DNA of 63,953 nt, counting the filler, from Collodictyon triciliatum (lineage: Eukaryota), in the NCBI GenBank assembly GCA_043381765.1. It is 11 parts of 11 records of this genome, joined end to end, with 100 filler letters (N's around TTAATTAATTAA, not from the genome) between each part and the next. Parts side by side here need not be neighbours in the genome. Positions count along the whole stretch, not along the records: positions 51,600 to 57,943 come from JBHJMP010004527.1; positions 58,044 to 62,545 come from JBHJMP010004572.1; positions 62,646 to 63,953 come from JBHJMP010004617.1; 8 more parts are not named here. One strand, written 5' to 3'. Every line of letters begins with the position of its first letter. The stretch's first letter is position 1. Below are positions 51,786 through 63,953 of this stretch, piece after piece. Made by a program: the position numbers and the translations under genes. Under the pieces are notes generated by a model. That model was not told the DNA's origin. It saw only the letters and a program-made list of their open reading frames with translations, and made no database searches.

Positions 51786-53687
51786 ATGAATACTTTACCC
51801 TCCACCTTCATTTTCATTTTTCTTCGATCTGCATTTGTGATATACTTTTTGGGTACCTTCACTACCCAAGCCCAAACCTTTACTTTTTCCGATACTTACC
51901 CCACCAATAACGTGGATAGCCTCGAAAATTGGCTAAAAACCCACCCGCAGCCGACGCAGGAACGGCTGAAAAACCTGATACGGTTAAAAAGAACCTATTT
52001 TTTTTCGTACCCTGAACGAATAAATCGCGATACGCTCGAAATGCGCCAACTATCCCAACGGCTCAATCAGCCTGTGGGAAAGGCAATTGTCACCTTCTGG
52101 AAAAGTAACAACTTTAATGAGCTATACCAAGTGTTTAAAACATTTGAAGCCCTCAAAGATACTTCGGGTACGGTCTACACCCTTTCGGGTTTGGCTTCCT
52201 CCAATTACACAATTAATGCGTTGGACAAAGGCGATAAATACGCCGCGCAGGATTTTCTACAAAAAGCCCGTCAATTGTTGAAGGCGCGTTTTAATGCTCA
52301 CGATTATTTTATTCTTGAAAGGGCTTTGTTGATGCATCAACTCAGTACGGACGAAAGCAACCTTAAAGAACATTTAGCATCGCTTCAAAAAGCCCTTGCG
52401 CTATCCAAAAGCAAGCCTGAGTACGAATACATACGGATAACACTCAAAAGTTTTATTGGTACTGTTCACGGATATCAGGGCGACTACGCCACCTCTTATG
52501 CTACCTTCAAAGAACTTTTAACCCAACTCAAGCCCGACCAAACCGAGGTAAATCTTCTTCTTTCTCAAAACTTAGCCATGGATTGTGAGGAATTGGGACG
52601 CTACGACGAACGGTTGGCTTTGTGCAACAAAATAGCTGTCTTGCTGCGTAACTATTCCAAAAAAAGCACTCCTTATTTCTTTTTGACGCTATACGAAATG
52701 ACCAAGGAGGAAATGGATCGACGTGGGCGTTACCAAGAAGCATCTGCTTATGGTGACAGCATCGCCACCATGAAGGATATTATCTATGAAAAACAGCGCA
52801 AGGAAAAACTGATTGAATTTCAAGCCCAAAATAAACAAACGCAAATAGCCGAACTTACTTTTCAGCAAACCCAAACCGAAAAGCGCAATCTTTTAATTAC
52901 CTTTTTTTTGATGGCGGCATTGGCCGCGGCCGCGGCGTTGGGCTATTTGGGCTGGCGCTTACGACAATCAAACGCCCGCCTCAATGCGCTCGTATTGCTG
53001 CGCGATGAGTTTATCCGCATCATTGCTCATGATCTGCGCCGCCCGCTGCACGCCTTTTACGGATTGAGTGAGGTATTTGGTAAGCTGCTCCAGCGCGGTG
53101 ACCAACAGGCCATCGTTAAACTCTCACAGTCTATTGACCAATCGGGGCTGTACATCCGTCAAATGCTCGACAATCTGCTTTATTGGGCATTGTCCCAAAA
53201 AGGAAAGTTAGTATTCAGCTCTTCTGCCTTTGCCCTTCACCCCCAACTAGCGGCTCTGGTTTCGGTTTACGGAGCCGTTACGGCCATTAAAGGAGTCGCC
53301 CTGGAGTATGATTGTCCCCACAACCTAATGGTCTGCACCGATGTTAACGCCTTGGACCTTATCCTGCGCAATCTCATTGACAACGCCACCCAACACACTT
53401 CTGCGCAGGGCATTATCCGCCTTGAAGCAACCCCTTCAGCAGATCCCGAACAGGTATCTGTCCGAATCAGTGATACCGGCAAAGGAATGACGGAAACGCA
53501 ACTGCAATTGGTAAGGGAGGTATTAACTGCTCCCCAACGGTTTCAACCCAAACAGGAAAACCTGGGCTTGGGCCTTATTGTTGTCAGCACGTTTGCCCAG
53601 CAGGCGGCGATTGCAATAACTGTACAAAGCCAAGAAGGAGCAGGAACCATATTTGAGATCAATGTGAAACGCGCATCTCAGGGGTAA
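51786..53687 (+). CDS. Bacterial sensor histidine kinase (helical periplasmic sensor, TM, HisKA, HATPase_c)
   Basis: IIAHDLRRP (H box), LDNLLYWA, ILRNLIDNA (N box), ISDTGKG (G1), GLGL (G2). Likely start is ATG 51786. Confidence 0.92.
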   Translation: MNTLPSTFIFIFLRSAFVIYFLGTFTTQAQTFTFSDTYPTNNVDSLENWLKTHPQPTQERLKNLIRLKRTYFFSYPERINRDTLEMRQLSQRLNQPVGKAIVTFWKSNNFNELYQVFKTFEALKDTSGTVYTLSGLASSNYTINALDKGDKYAAQDFLQKARQLLKARFNAHDYFILERALLMHQLSTDESNLKEHLASLQKALALSKSKPEYEYIRITLKSFIGTVHGYQGDYATSYATFKELLTQLKPDQTEVNLLLSQNLAMDCEELGRYDERLALCNKIAVLLRNYSKKSTPYFFLTLYEMTKEEMDRRGRYQEASAYGDSIATMKDIIYEKQRKEKLIEFQAQNKQTQIAELTFQQTQTEKRNLLITFFLMAALAAAAALGYLGWRLRQSNARLNALVLLRDEFIRIIAHDLRRPLHAFYGLSEVFGKLLQRGDQQAIVKLSQSIDQSGLYIRQMLDNLLYWALSQKGKLVFSSSAFALHPQLAALVSVYGAVTAIKGVALEYDCPHNLMVCTDVNALDLILRNLIDNATQHTSAQGIIRLEATPSADPEQVSVRISDTGKGMTETQLQLVREVLTAPQRFQPKQENLGLGLIVVSTFAQQAAIAITVQSQEGAGTIFEINVKRASQG

Positions 53688-54243
53688 TCCGTCTGAAACA
53701 CCGATTTTTTCAGGCATTTTTCACTGACAGATATGAGTTGCCCGACTCTTTTTCTCTTCACATTCAACCACCGACACACCCTTTCCGTTTAGAAAGAATG
53801 ACGACAATTGGACGAATGTGCTTTCATTGATCGGTATCCTGCACAGGGCTTCAGCAATAAAAACCTGCTTTAAAAAGATTTGAACAGCGCTCGATACTGT
53901 CTCACAAGGGGCAGTTATTGAGCGCTGTCACAATGAATGCACCGGACGGTTCAACGGTCATTACCCGCGTTTCCATTGCCCTGTGTATTGATGCTGCAAA
54001 CTCCTCAATATCCGGGTGCCCATCCGCTTTCCTGCTCCCGAATTCTTCCGGCCACACTCTTTAGCATGGCTTTTGTTATCCTTTTATGCACTCAAAAAAT
54101 ATCCTTACTCAGCCGCTTCCCTTGGCAGTTCTTCCGCAAATCACTACAGGTTATCACCAAATTGGCACATAAATACTGCCCCTTGCACGAATGTTGATTA
54201 CCGGTTGGAATATCAATATCACATGATCACTGATTGTACATCT

Positions 54244-57200
54244 ATGTCTAACTTTACTTCATTTTCGGTTAGGTTTGGGTTTCAGCCAATTGAGCGAAAA
54301 ACCCATCTTCCTGCAAAAGGCAATGGTATCATTTATACCGGTTTGTGTATTTTTCTTGTGTCTCTCTTCTCAATGAGTGCCTTTTCCCAAGTGAGCGGTA
54401 CCGTTTTTCGAGACTTTAACGGCAATGGGACCCGAGATACCAACGAACCTTTGATATCAGGGGTAACCGTAAACGCCTACAAAGCAAACGCGGCCACCCC
54501 GTGCGGTACAGCTACCACCGCGGGCAATACTGCCCCCAATTATTCCCTGGCCGGTTGCAGTACCGACGACGTCAGGATTGAGTTTGTATTGCCTGCGTCC
54601 GGCTCCTGCGTCAACAGTGGTATTGATTATTCATCGCCGGGCGGTACTGCGTATGGCTCTTCGATACAGTTTGTGAAAGGGAACAGCCCCAATGTGAATT
54701 TTGCCCTTCACGCTCCATCAGATTACAATACAGGTACCGCCGGGGTAAATGTGTTTATACCCTGCTACATCAGCGGCGACCCGTTAGTAGCGGGAACGGT
54801 GGCATCAGGTGATTGGTTTGTCGGATACCCATATACCAATGTTACCTCAGACCCTAATACCTCCAATCCTGTCGGTCCTGCCCCAAGTCAAAAGGTCAAT
54901 GGCAGTATCATTGGACCGACCTGGGGTGTAGCATATAGCAAACAGGCAAAAAAAGTCTTTACATCGGCCTTACTAAAAAGACACTCCGGATTGGGGAAAA
55001 TGGGCAGTGGCGGAATATATATGCTTACACCTACGGCCACTTCTTTTACTGTGACCGAGTTTTATGACATGGATGCCAATAGCCATCGAACAAGGGCGGA
55101 TGCCTCCGCACCCGCTTATGGAGAAGGGACAAGTTATTCCATAGCCGCCGATAATTCAACGATTACGTATTTAGGCTCAAATGACCCACTCACCGGAAAG
55201 CCTTCCGGATTGGGCGTGATCGGTACCAATGCCCAACGGGGATTGACCGCAAATCCATTAGATCCCAGTCATGACCCTGCGGCTTTTGACCAAATAGGGA
55301 AAGTAGGTTTGGGAGATATTGACATCAGCGATGACGGCAAATATCTGTTTGTGATGAATTTGTATTCAAGAAAAGTATTCAGACTTGAATTGAACGACGC
55401 TTATACCCCAACAGCAGTAGTGAATGTAACGAGTTATGACATTCCTGCCACTACCTGCACTAATGGCGAATATCGCCCCTGGGGATTAAAATTTTATAGA
55501 GATAAACTATATGTTGGGGTGGTTTGCTCTGCCGAGAATGCCGGAACCACTGCAAACTTAACAGCCTCAGTATATGAACTGAATAACCCAACTTCATCGG
55601 CTGCGTTTAATACAAATGCAGTCCTAACTTTACCACTCAATTACAATAAATCAGGTGACTATAATCCGTGGACTAAAAATAGCGGAAGTGTCACAGGAAC
55701 AACATATCCTCAGCCAATACTTTCAGACATTGAGTTTACAGACAATGGAGATATGGTATTGGGGATAATGGACCGGGCCGGGCATCAGTGGGGAGAAAAT
55801 AATCGTAAATTTTTAAAGACCACCACAACATCCATCACTGTTTCAACATCCGGTGACATACTCCTTGCGGGTTTCAATTGCAATTCAGGCGTTTATACAT
55901 TGGAAAGCAACGGTTCCCTCACCTCAGCCAATGGTGCAACACTTACAGGCGTAAATACCCAAACAGGTGAAGGGCCGGGTGGAAAAGAGTTTTTTAATGA
56001 TAACGCTACGACCGGAGACACCCATGATGAAACGGCAACAGGAGCGTTAGCTGTTTTAAAAGGGCAAGGTGAAGTAGTATCTTCCGCTTTTGCGCAGACA
56101 GACAGATCCGGAGATGCAGGAACTATGAAGTTATCTACCGCCAATGGTGCGTTTAAAGCTTACTATCAGCTTTATTACAGAAGTAATCCTCCCGGTGTTT
56201 TCGCAAAGGCAAACGGCTTGGGAGACATAGAACTCTCAAGTATTGAAGCCCCCATCGAAATCGGTAACCGCATCTGGAAAGATACCGATAAAGACGGTAT
56301 TCAGGATGCCGGTGAAGTAGGGGTCAATGGCGTAGAAATCGAATTATATGAAGGCACCGCAGCCACCGGCACACCTGTTCAGACGGTGACATCCGCCACA
56401 CTCAACGGACAGGAAGGCAGCTGGTACTTTACTGATTTAAAAGCCAATCAAGACTACGTCATCAAAGTTAAAACAGCTCTGGGAGCAGGTGCATTGGCTA
56501 CCTGTACGGCTTTTTCTCCCACGGGTGTCGGAACCGTATTAACTGATAACAATACATCGACCGGTACCATTGCCCTCAAAACAGGCGGAGCAGGTGAAAA
56601 TGATCACTCGTTTGACATTGGTGTTACAGAAGGAATAATCTGCGTCAAACCCAATGCAGGTACCGACCAGGCACCCACTTGCGTAGGCAACACCGCCATC
56701 ACGACAGCAACATTAGCGGCCACAGCCGTTACAGGCGGTGCTTGGACACAGGTAGGGATCTCCCCCAATACCGCCACGATTACAGACCCAACCTCATCCA
56801 CGTCTACCGTGACGGGCTTAGTACCGGGCGTGTATCAATTTATCTGGGCTACTTCGGTCACTTGCAGTGATACCGTGAAAATCACCATCCCGAATTGTGC
56901 ATGTGTAAAACCAAACGCCGGTACCGACCAGGCACCAACTTGCGTAGGCAATACAGCAATCACCACCGCGACCTTGGCAGCTACCGCCGTAGCAGGCGGG
57001 GCTTGGACACAAGCTGCAACCAATCCGGCAGGAGCAGTCATTACGACCGCAAGTTCAGCCACATCAGGTGTAACCGGTTTAACTCCGGGCGTGTATCAAT
57101 TTATCTGGGCTACCTCAGCTACCTGTAGCGATACAGTTAAAATTACGATACCAAATTGTAATACTAAAACCACAGGCTGGAATTTTACCTGCGCTGATGG

Positions 57201-57943
57201 CGTAAAAGTTGATGTTGTAAGTAAAGGAGTAGGACAATCGGAACCGGCTGTCGGCTGCACCGGTAGCGGCACAGCTACAATGACTGTTCTAAATGGCAAC
57301 ACCGCCGACAGCATCTATGTAGAAGCTATTTATGAAAACGGCAATCCCAGCCCAACCATCACGTTCAAAGATGCGGCGAACAATAATTACATAGCCAATA
57401 GATTTGAAATTGGAAATGGCGAATACGTTTACCGTACCAAAATACCCGCCACCACCGGTATTTCTACCACCGACAATACCCAATTCTGCAAATTACAATC
57501 GTTAGTGGCTTACGTGTTCCGTAAACAAACAGGTTTTGCTTCGGTAGGCTTATACACTTGTGCATCAGGCAATGAAAACAGTACGACAACACTCAACCTT
57601 GCTTTGCCAACGCGCACCTCTAATTCTAACATTACAGTGTGTGTTCCTATTTCTGAACTTTCTAACGATGGTCGCCCATTACAAATTAGGGTTACAGCGG
57701 GTGCAATAGTCAAAGATACGACCATTACAGGTTCAGACCCGGCCACAGGAACATGTTGTGTAGCAACCCCTAAGTTTACACTCAATGATGTCCTTCCGGG
57801 TACTTCTGCCATAAAAGTAGAATTGATCTCTCCTACTAATGGACAATCGTTTGTAGCAGGTGCTTTTGCCAATATTCAATGTGAGACATGCACACCGCCC
57901 GCGCGTTTGGTAAGTGCCACCGACCCAACCTGCACCGTAGCGG
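54244..57943 (+). CDS. Large secreted SdrD B-like domain protein, Bacteroidetes type, 3' truncated
   Basis: Signal peptide ..SMSAFS-QVSGTVFRDFNGNG, IEIGNRIWKDTDKDGIQDAGEVGVNGVEIELY, Thr/Cys-rich Ig-like repeats. Start codon uncertain. Confidence 0.88.
56641..57160 (+). repeat. Two tandem 87-aa (261-bp) repeats within the SdrD-like protein
   Basis: CVKPNAGTDQAPTCVGNTAITTATLAATAV.GGAWTQ..GVYQFIWATS.TCSDTVKITIPNC occurs twice. Confidence 0.9.
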
Positions 57944-59309
57944 NNNNNNNNNNNNNNNNNNNNNNNNNNNNNNNNNNNNNNNNNNNNTTAATTAATTAAN
58001 NNNNNNNNNNNNNNNNNNNNNNNNNNNNNNNNNNNNNNNNNNNTTTTTTGTTTTTATTTGTTTTTATTTGTTTTTTTTTGTTTGTTTTTTGTTTGTTTTT
58101 TGTTTGTTTTTTGTTTGTTTTTTGTTTTTGTAGATTTCATAATTTTCAATAATCAAGTAGTCGGACTACAAAATCTTCTATTTATTATATCAATACTCTC
58201 TTCAAAATCAAACAAGTGATATGAAGTGGTGATGCTCGCTCAATTTATAGTATAGATGAGTGTACTCCTATGAATCCGCTAATGTGTCAGATATAAAAAA
58301 AAACCAAATTTTTCTCCTTTTCATCTGTAAAATCATCTGCTCGTCCTTCAACTGTGTAGTTACACCGAATTGCAGTTGCTTCCATCTTCCTTGTAAACTT
58401 CCACTCTCATCCGCAGTCCACCCCATGCTTTCATGTACACAAAACTTGATGGGCTACATCACAGACACATCAACACCCCCACCAAAGCTATTGCCTTTTT
58501 GTGCGACGGAGTATCAGCTTCCTTTCATGTCGTCCTGTTACCTTTGTCTGCATTGGAGGCTTTTCCTGCTTGTTCTTGCGACCGAAGCAGGTTTTGTGCG
58601 AGTTGGGATTCGAACCTGGACGCAGGAGGTATTGCTCTGAACGGCACACCACAAAACGTTGTACATTCAAAGCTGCTTCGTTCTTGTTCGCAGGTCGAAG
58701 GAAAAGGAGTGCAGGCAGCAAGACGGACGTTGTTGANNNNNNNNNNNNNNNNNNNNNNNNNNNNNNNNNNNNNNNNNNNNNNNNNNNNNNNNNNNNNNNN
58801 NNNNNNNNNNNNNNNNNNNNNNNNNNNNNNNNNNNNNNNNNNNNNNNNNNNNNNNNNNNNNNNNNNNNNNNNNNNNNNNNNNNNNNNNNNNNNNNNNNNN
58901 NNNNNNNNNNNNNNNNNNNNNNNNNNNNNNNNNNNNNNNNNNNNNNNNNNNNNNNNNNNNNNNNNNNNNNNNNNNNNNNNNNNNNNNNNNNNNNNNNNNN
59001 NNNNNNNNNNNNNNNNNNNNNNNNNNNNNNNNNNNNNNNNNNNNNNNNNNNNNNNNNNNNNNNNNNNNNNNNNNNNNNNNNNNNNNNNNNNNNNNNNNNN
59101 NNNNNNNNNNNNNNNNNNNNNNNNNNNNNNNNNNNNNNNNNNNNNNNNNNNNNNNNNNNNNNNNNNNNNNNNNNNNNNNNNNNNNNNNNNNNNNNNNNNN
59201 NNNNNNNNNNNNNNNNNNNNNNNNNNNNNNNNNNNNNNNNNNNNNNNNNNNNNNNNNNNNNNNNNNNNNNNNNNNNNNNNNNNNNNNNNNNNNNNNNNNN
59301 NNNNNNNNT

Positions 59310-60500
59310 GTCTGTAATATCATGCTTAGCAAGCTTAAGTACACTCGATATTGCCGGAAATAGGATATCGACCATTCCCTCCGAAATATCTTTTTTGACA
59401 AGACTAGAGTCTCTCAACTTAGACTACAATGCTTTATCTTCAATTCCATTCGGTGTACTCTATCTGACTAACATGAAAAGCCTTCTTTTAAGATACAATG
59501 AAATATCAACACTCCCGCCCGAGATATCATTGTTGGTTGCTCTTACGGCGCTTGATGTCACCCAAACACCTGTAAGCTTGATAAAGTAAAATCAGATTCA
59601 AAAGCACACATCCATACATATACTTATATTTACATCATATTGTGGAGATTTATTTTTTTCCTTTATTCGATTCAAAGTTATTGTGGAGATTTATAAACCT
59701 AAATCCCCAGATTGTCGAGCTTCCTCTCCAAATCACGGCTCTCACGGACCTAGAATACCTCGTCATTAATCAGAGGAATGTAGCCTCTATCAAGAGGGCA
59801 CCAAGTGGAATCACAAATTTGCCGTGTTGGCACGAAGAAAAAACTAAAGGTCAAATCAGGTCACTCCAGCTCTACGATACTGTAAGCTGCTTCTTTTTTA
59901 TTCTTCTTTTTATTCTTTTTATTCTTTTTATTCTTTTTATTCTTTTTATTCTTTTTATTCTTTTTATTCTTTTTATTCTTTTTCTTTTTCTTTTTCATTT
60001 TCATTTTCATTTTCATTTTCTTTTTCATTTTCTTTTTCATTTTCATTTTTTCTTTTTATTTGGTTCCATATCCCAGACACACGCTTGCATTCCATCTCTT
60101 AAATTCTCCAATCAGATTCCATCAATCACCCACTCCCCGTGGACTCCAAGTGCCTCTCAAGTCGCATTCGTGTCTCTCAGTTTATACGGAGCAGGCCTCA
60201 CAACGCTGCCATCTACCATCACCCTAATGACAAACCTCTCGTTCATGTGTCTCAGTAGAAACTGTGTACTGATTTAATTACCATAAGCTATATATGTATA
60301 CCCGCCAACGCTGGTCTTTCAGCTGTATCTTTTTCAGCTGATTTGAATAGCAACGAATCAGACGCACATGAAAGAGAGCGACTGAGAACATCAACTCATG
60401 TATTTGAACGACAAAATAGCTGAAGGAGCTTCCAGAGTCAGTGTGCAGCATATCGTCGATAGTGCACCTTGATATCTCATACAACAAGGCAAGCTTACGA
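59310..60500 (+). CDS. LRR protein fragments, multi-exon, possibly pseudogenised at the 3' end
   Basis: LSTLDIAGNRISTIPSEISFLTRLESLNLDYNALSSIP, IVELPLQITALTDLEYL, LTTLPSTITLMTNLS, LKELPESVCSISSIVHLDISYN (preceded by stops). 5' part lies across a long N gap. Confidence 0.7.
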
Positions 60501-61819
60501 TATGACAAGAGTCGACATATGAGATAACACATCAAGTAGCGATTGAAGATAAGGAGAAGAAAGAACAAGCGGCGGTTTTTCTTACATGCATCCCATTTCT
60601 TAACAGATAACACGAATCACAGAAGCAATCAACCACCTGCAAATGCTAGAGACACTGGACGCATCAGACAACATGGTAGGGTATGTGGGGTCGTGGAAGC
60701 CAAAATGATGAGTAGAAACATCCCACATGGACAGTTTTCTTGCGAAGTGTTACGAGTAATATCGTAGTCTTCTGTTTTACTTACGAATAGGATATGCACA
60801 CCAGATCTATGGACTACCAGTCTTTCGTGACGTGACGGAAAGAATCGAGAGCGAACATGGATTTGTTATCGGGACTCGAATTCCAGGCACCAAAAAGAGG
60901 CACAGGGTCAACAGGGTATGTATCACGATATATCGAAACATCCGTGTACTTATGCACACAAATGTTGCAGGTAGGAAACAAATAACCAGACATGCGATGG
61001 ATAGAAGTAAAGGGAATAAAAGAATCTGTTTAAAGACAAGTAATTGTTTTTTTTTTCTCATTTTCTTTCACTTTCCCAAAAATGATTTTGTGGATACTCG
61101 TTAACCTTTTATAGGTTATAAATGGGGGGAAACTATAATAGCTTTTAATAATCTTTTCATTCTTTTACATCAAGATGGATTATCAAAATCATTCGTAGTA
61201 TATTGACAAGATAGTGCGTGTTTATCAAGCAATTGCAAACGGTGCGCTGAGAGCAAACCTCATCACAAAAGCTTAATGACTAAAAATAGACCACGTAATA
61301 CCAATAATGATGACGATGTTAGTAAATACCAGGCATTAATTTAAAACCGTCTGCTACTCTGCCGCAAGCGAAGAGAGATGTGGGAATGTGTCGTGCGATA
61401 TCTCCCACAGTATATCCAACCCCTGCTGCCCACGCAACCAATCAACCTGTTGGGTCGCCCACCTGATCAACTCGTATCACTGATTTCTTTCCAGTGCTAC
61501 CCTCTCCACGCTAGTCTTCTCCTACTCGCGTTTGCTCTCTCCCATGCGCTCCAATCTCGCCCCTTTGTATGGCATAACCTCACTGCACTTTGAATCGAAC
61601 AAAGGGGAAAAAAAAATTAAAAAAACGTCTCTTTTGGTTATATCGTGTGTGATTATCTATTCACCGGCCTAGTTTCTTTTTCATATTGAGATTTATTTTT
61701 TCTAGATGCATAGCGTTATGGTGGTTAAAGTTGCGCTTCTTTTCACCCAAAAAAATCGCCATCTAAAATTTGGATGAAAAATAATCATTTAGGGGGAGCT
61801 GCTTGCTGGTTGCGGTCTT

Positions 61820-61891
<72 letters not shown>

Positions 61892-62459
61892 CCTTTATTC
61901 ATTCAAGATAAGGTATTTTTGTATTATGTTTTTCTACAGTCCGACATAGATGTTTTGCCTGCTGGTTACGGCCTTTATTATTCTTGAGGAACAATACACG
62001 ATCAATTACGCCCATTGTAGTCATGAATCCGTGGCTCGTGGTGTTCACTTTGCTCATAAGGAATAATTCTCAAGAATCCAGACTCATTTAGCTCATCGGT
62101 TATTAAACCTGAGTCTGCTACATATGGCGCAGTTGATGTTAGAATCGAGACATTGTTTGATCCGTGTGTCGGTGATCCTCTGTCATGTTTGGGCAAGCAG
62201 AACAGCTCCATCGCAGTTGTTTCAGAGCGAAAGGATAATTTTTTCCGTTTCCTTTCATTTTCATGTTCCTATGTAATGTTCCATTAAATTTTTAAACAGA
62301 ATCCCCTCCCTCCTAGGCACAAGAGTATTATAACTGCGTACAACATATTGATTCAAACGAACGATATAGCATTTAAATGAGCAAGAAATGTTTGGCTTTT
62401 TGTTTTATTCATGTCTATGGTCATGGTTGCAGTTTTGGTTTGACATATTTGAAAAATAC

Positions 62460-62491
<32 letters not shown>

Positions 62492-62645
62492 TTTTAAATT
62501 TTTTTCCCTTTTATAACCTTTATAAAGAACCAGTCTTCCTCAATTNNNNNNNNNNNNNNNNNNNNNNNNNNNNNNNNNNNNNNNNNNNNTTAATTAATTA
62601 ANNNNNNNNNNNNNNNNNNNNNNNNNNNNNNNNNNNNNNNNNNNN

Positions 62646-62738
<93 letters not shown>

Positions 62739-63473
62739 CAAACACACACACACACACACACTTTTTCTTCGTGTAATAAGGTCATCCCATGGCCCTACCA
62801 AGGCGCATTTATATCACCAAGAGAGAGTTCTCAGAGTTTATGCGGGCGGGGCGGGCGGTTGGCCTTTGGCCACTTTCTTCTCGTCTTTTATAGGTAAAAA
62901 AAGGCGTGAGAGAATGGCACCATATAATTATACACACGATAATAAAAATAAAAAAAAGCAAAATCATAAATATCGAAATAATCAGGGATATTCTCATTTA
63001 AACATAAACCATTAATTGTCGCATGAGGAAGGGTAATGTATAAATCAAAAGAAATAATGCAAAAAGAACGCCGCCTTACTCTGACTTGTTGCGATAAAGA
63101 GGAGCTCAATGGACGCTCCAGTTCCATACGATATCAAGAACAGTTTTCCATAAAACCACGCTTTGCTGTATTGTGAAAAAGTTTATAAAATGTTTATTAT
63201 CGTTATTGTTATTATAATGCCGATTTTTGCGACAAGGTCAAATATAAATCACGATACATGTAGAAATAAAAAAATATCCACAAGCCTCATTCTCACTCTT
63301 GGCTCTCTATTTGCACTGAAAGGGACGCCTGTTTGTCTAACTTTCGTATGGACGAGGCTGCTTGAGTTGGGGACCAGTGTACATAAGATGAAGGTGATTT
63401 ATTTTTACACAACCACATCAAATCTTTTGGCTTTTGGGTAGGGGTGAGTGGCATTGGCCAGAGAAAGAGATGG

Positions 63474-63745
63474 AAAGAAAGAAAAGAAAAAGAAGAAAAG
63501 AAAAAGAAAAAGAAAAAGAAAAAGAAAAAGAAAAAGAAAAAGAAAAAGAAAAAGAAGAAAAAGAAAAAGAAAAAGAAAAAGGAAAAGAAAAGGAAAAGGA
63601 AAAGGAAAAGGAAAAGGAAAAGGAAAAGGAAAAGGAAAAGGAAAAGGAAAAGGAAAAGGAAAAGGAAAAGAAAAAGAAAGAAAAAAGAAAGAAAAAAGAA
63701 AGAAAAAAGAAAGAAAAAAGAAAAAGAAAGAAAGAAGAAAAGAAA
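63474..63745. repeat. Purine-rich (GAAAAA)n/(GGAAAA)n microsatellite
   Basis: Directly visible. Similar arrays occur at many contig ends (6110-6361, 12430-12670, 18927-19274, 21757-21983, 32045-32174). Confidence 0.9.
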
Positions 63746-63953
63746 GTAATAGAGAAGAAAGGAAGAAAGTCAATGGGCAGGTACAATTTTTTACAGATTG
63801 AAATAAGACTGTTGGAACGATCGGAAATCATAGCACGGTAAAAGCGTGACGTTTACTTGGCCCCGCTGGCTCGTTGGGCTCTCTCACATGTTTTTCCTTC
63901 TGACACACACACACCACACACATACATGCATACACACACACACACACACACAC

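Noticed and set aside
58433-59417. Long ORFs of 244-362 aa spanning 58737-59308
   Set aside because: Their length comes from translating the N gap.

Overview
This window is not one locus. It is 11 unrelated contigs (mostly about 6.35 kb) joined by artificial N-TTAATTAATTAA-N linkers. Ten contigs come from an AT-rich, microsatellite-rich, intron-containing eukaryote (protist-like). One (51600-57943) is bacterial and Bacteroidetes/Cytophagales-like, carrying a LytTR regulator end, a histidine kinase and an SdrD-B-like surface protein. Recognisable eukaryotic genes: an LRR-polycystin (TRPP) channel fusion, MINDY4, an NHL-repeat protein, LRR proteins, Vps39/TGFBRAP1, INTS9, an HMG-box protein, a WecD-like GNAT with introns, a catalytically altered MULE transposase and two signal-peptide WD40 proteins. 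The main find is a decayed Fanzor1 (eukaryotic TnpB-like RNA-guided nuclease) element at about 22835-24889. It keeps the RuvC D/E/D and zinc-finger residues and ends in a multi-hairpin omegaRNA-like region with a Helitron-like CTAG|T terminus. There is also a non-LTR retrotransposon family seen as three copies, two with target-site duplications. All family assignments come from motif recognition by eye; no searches were run.
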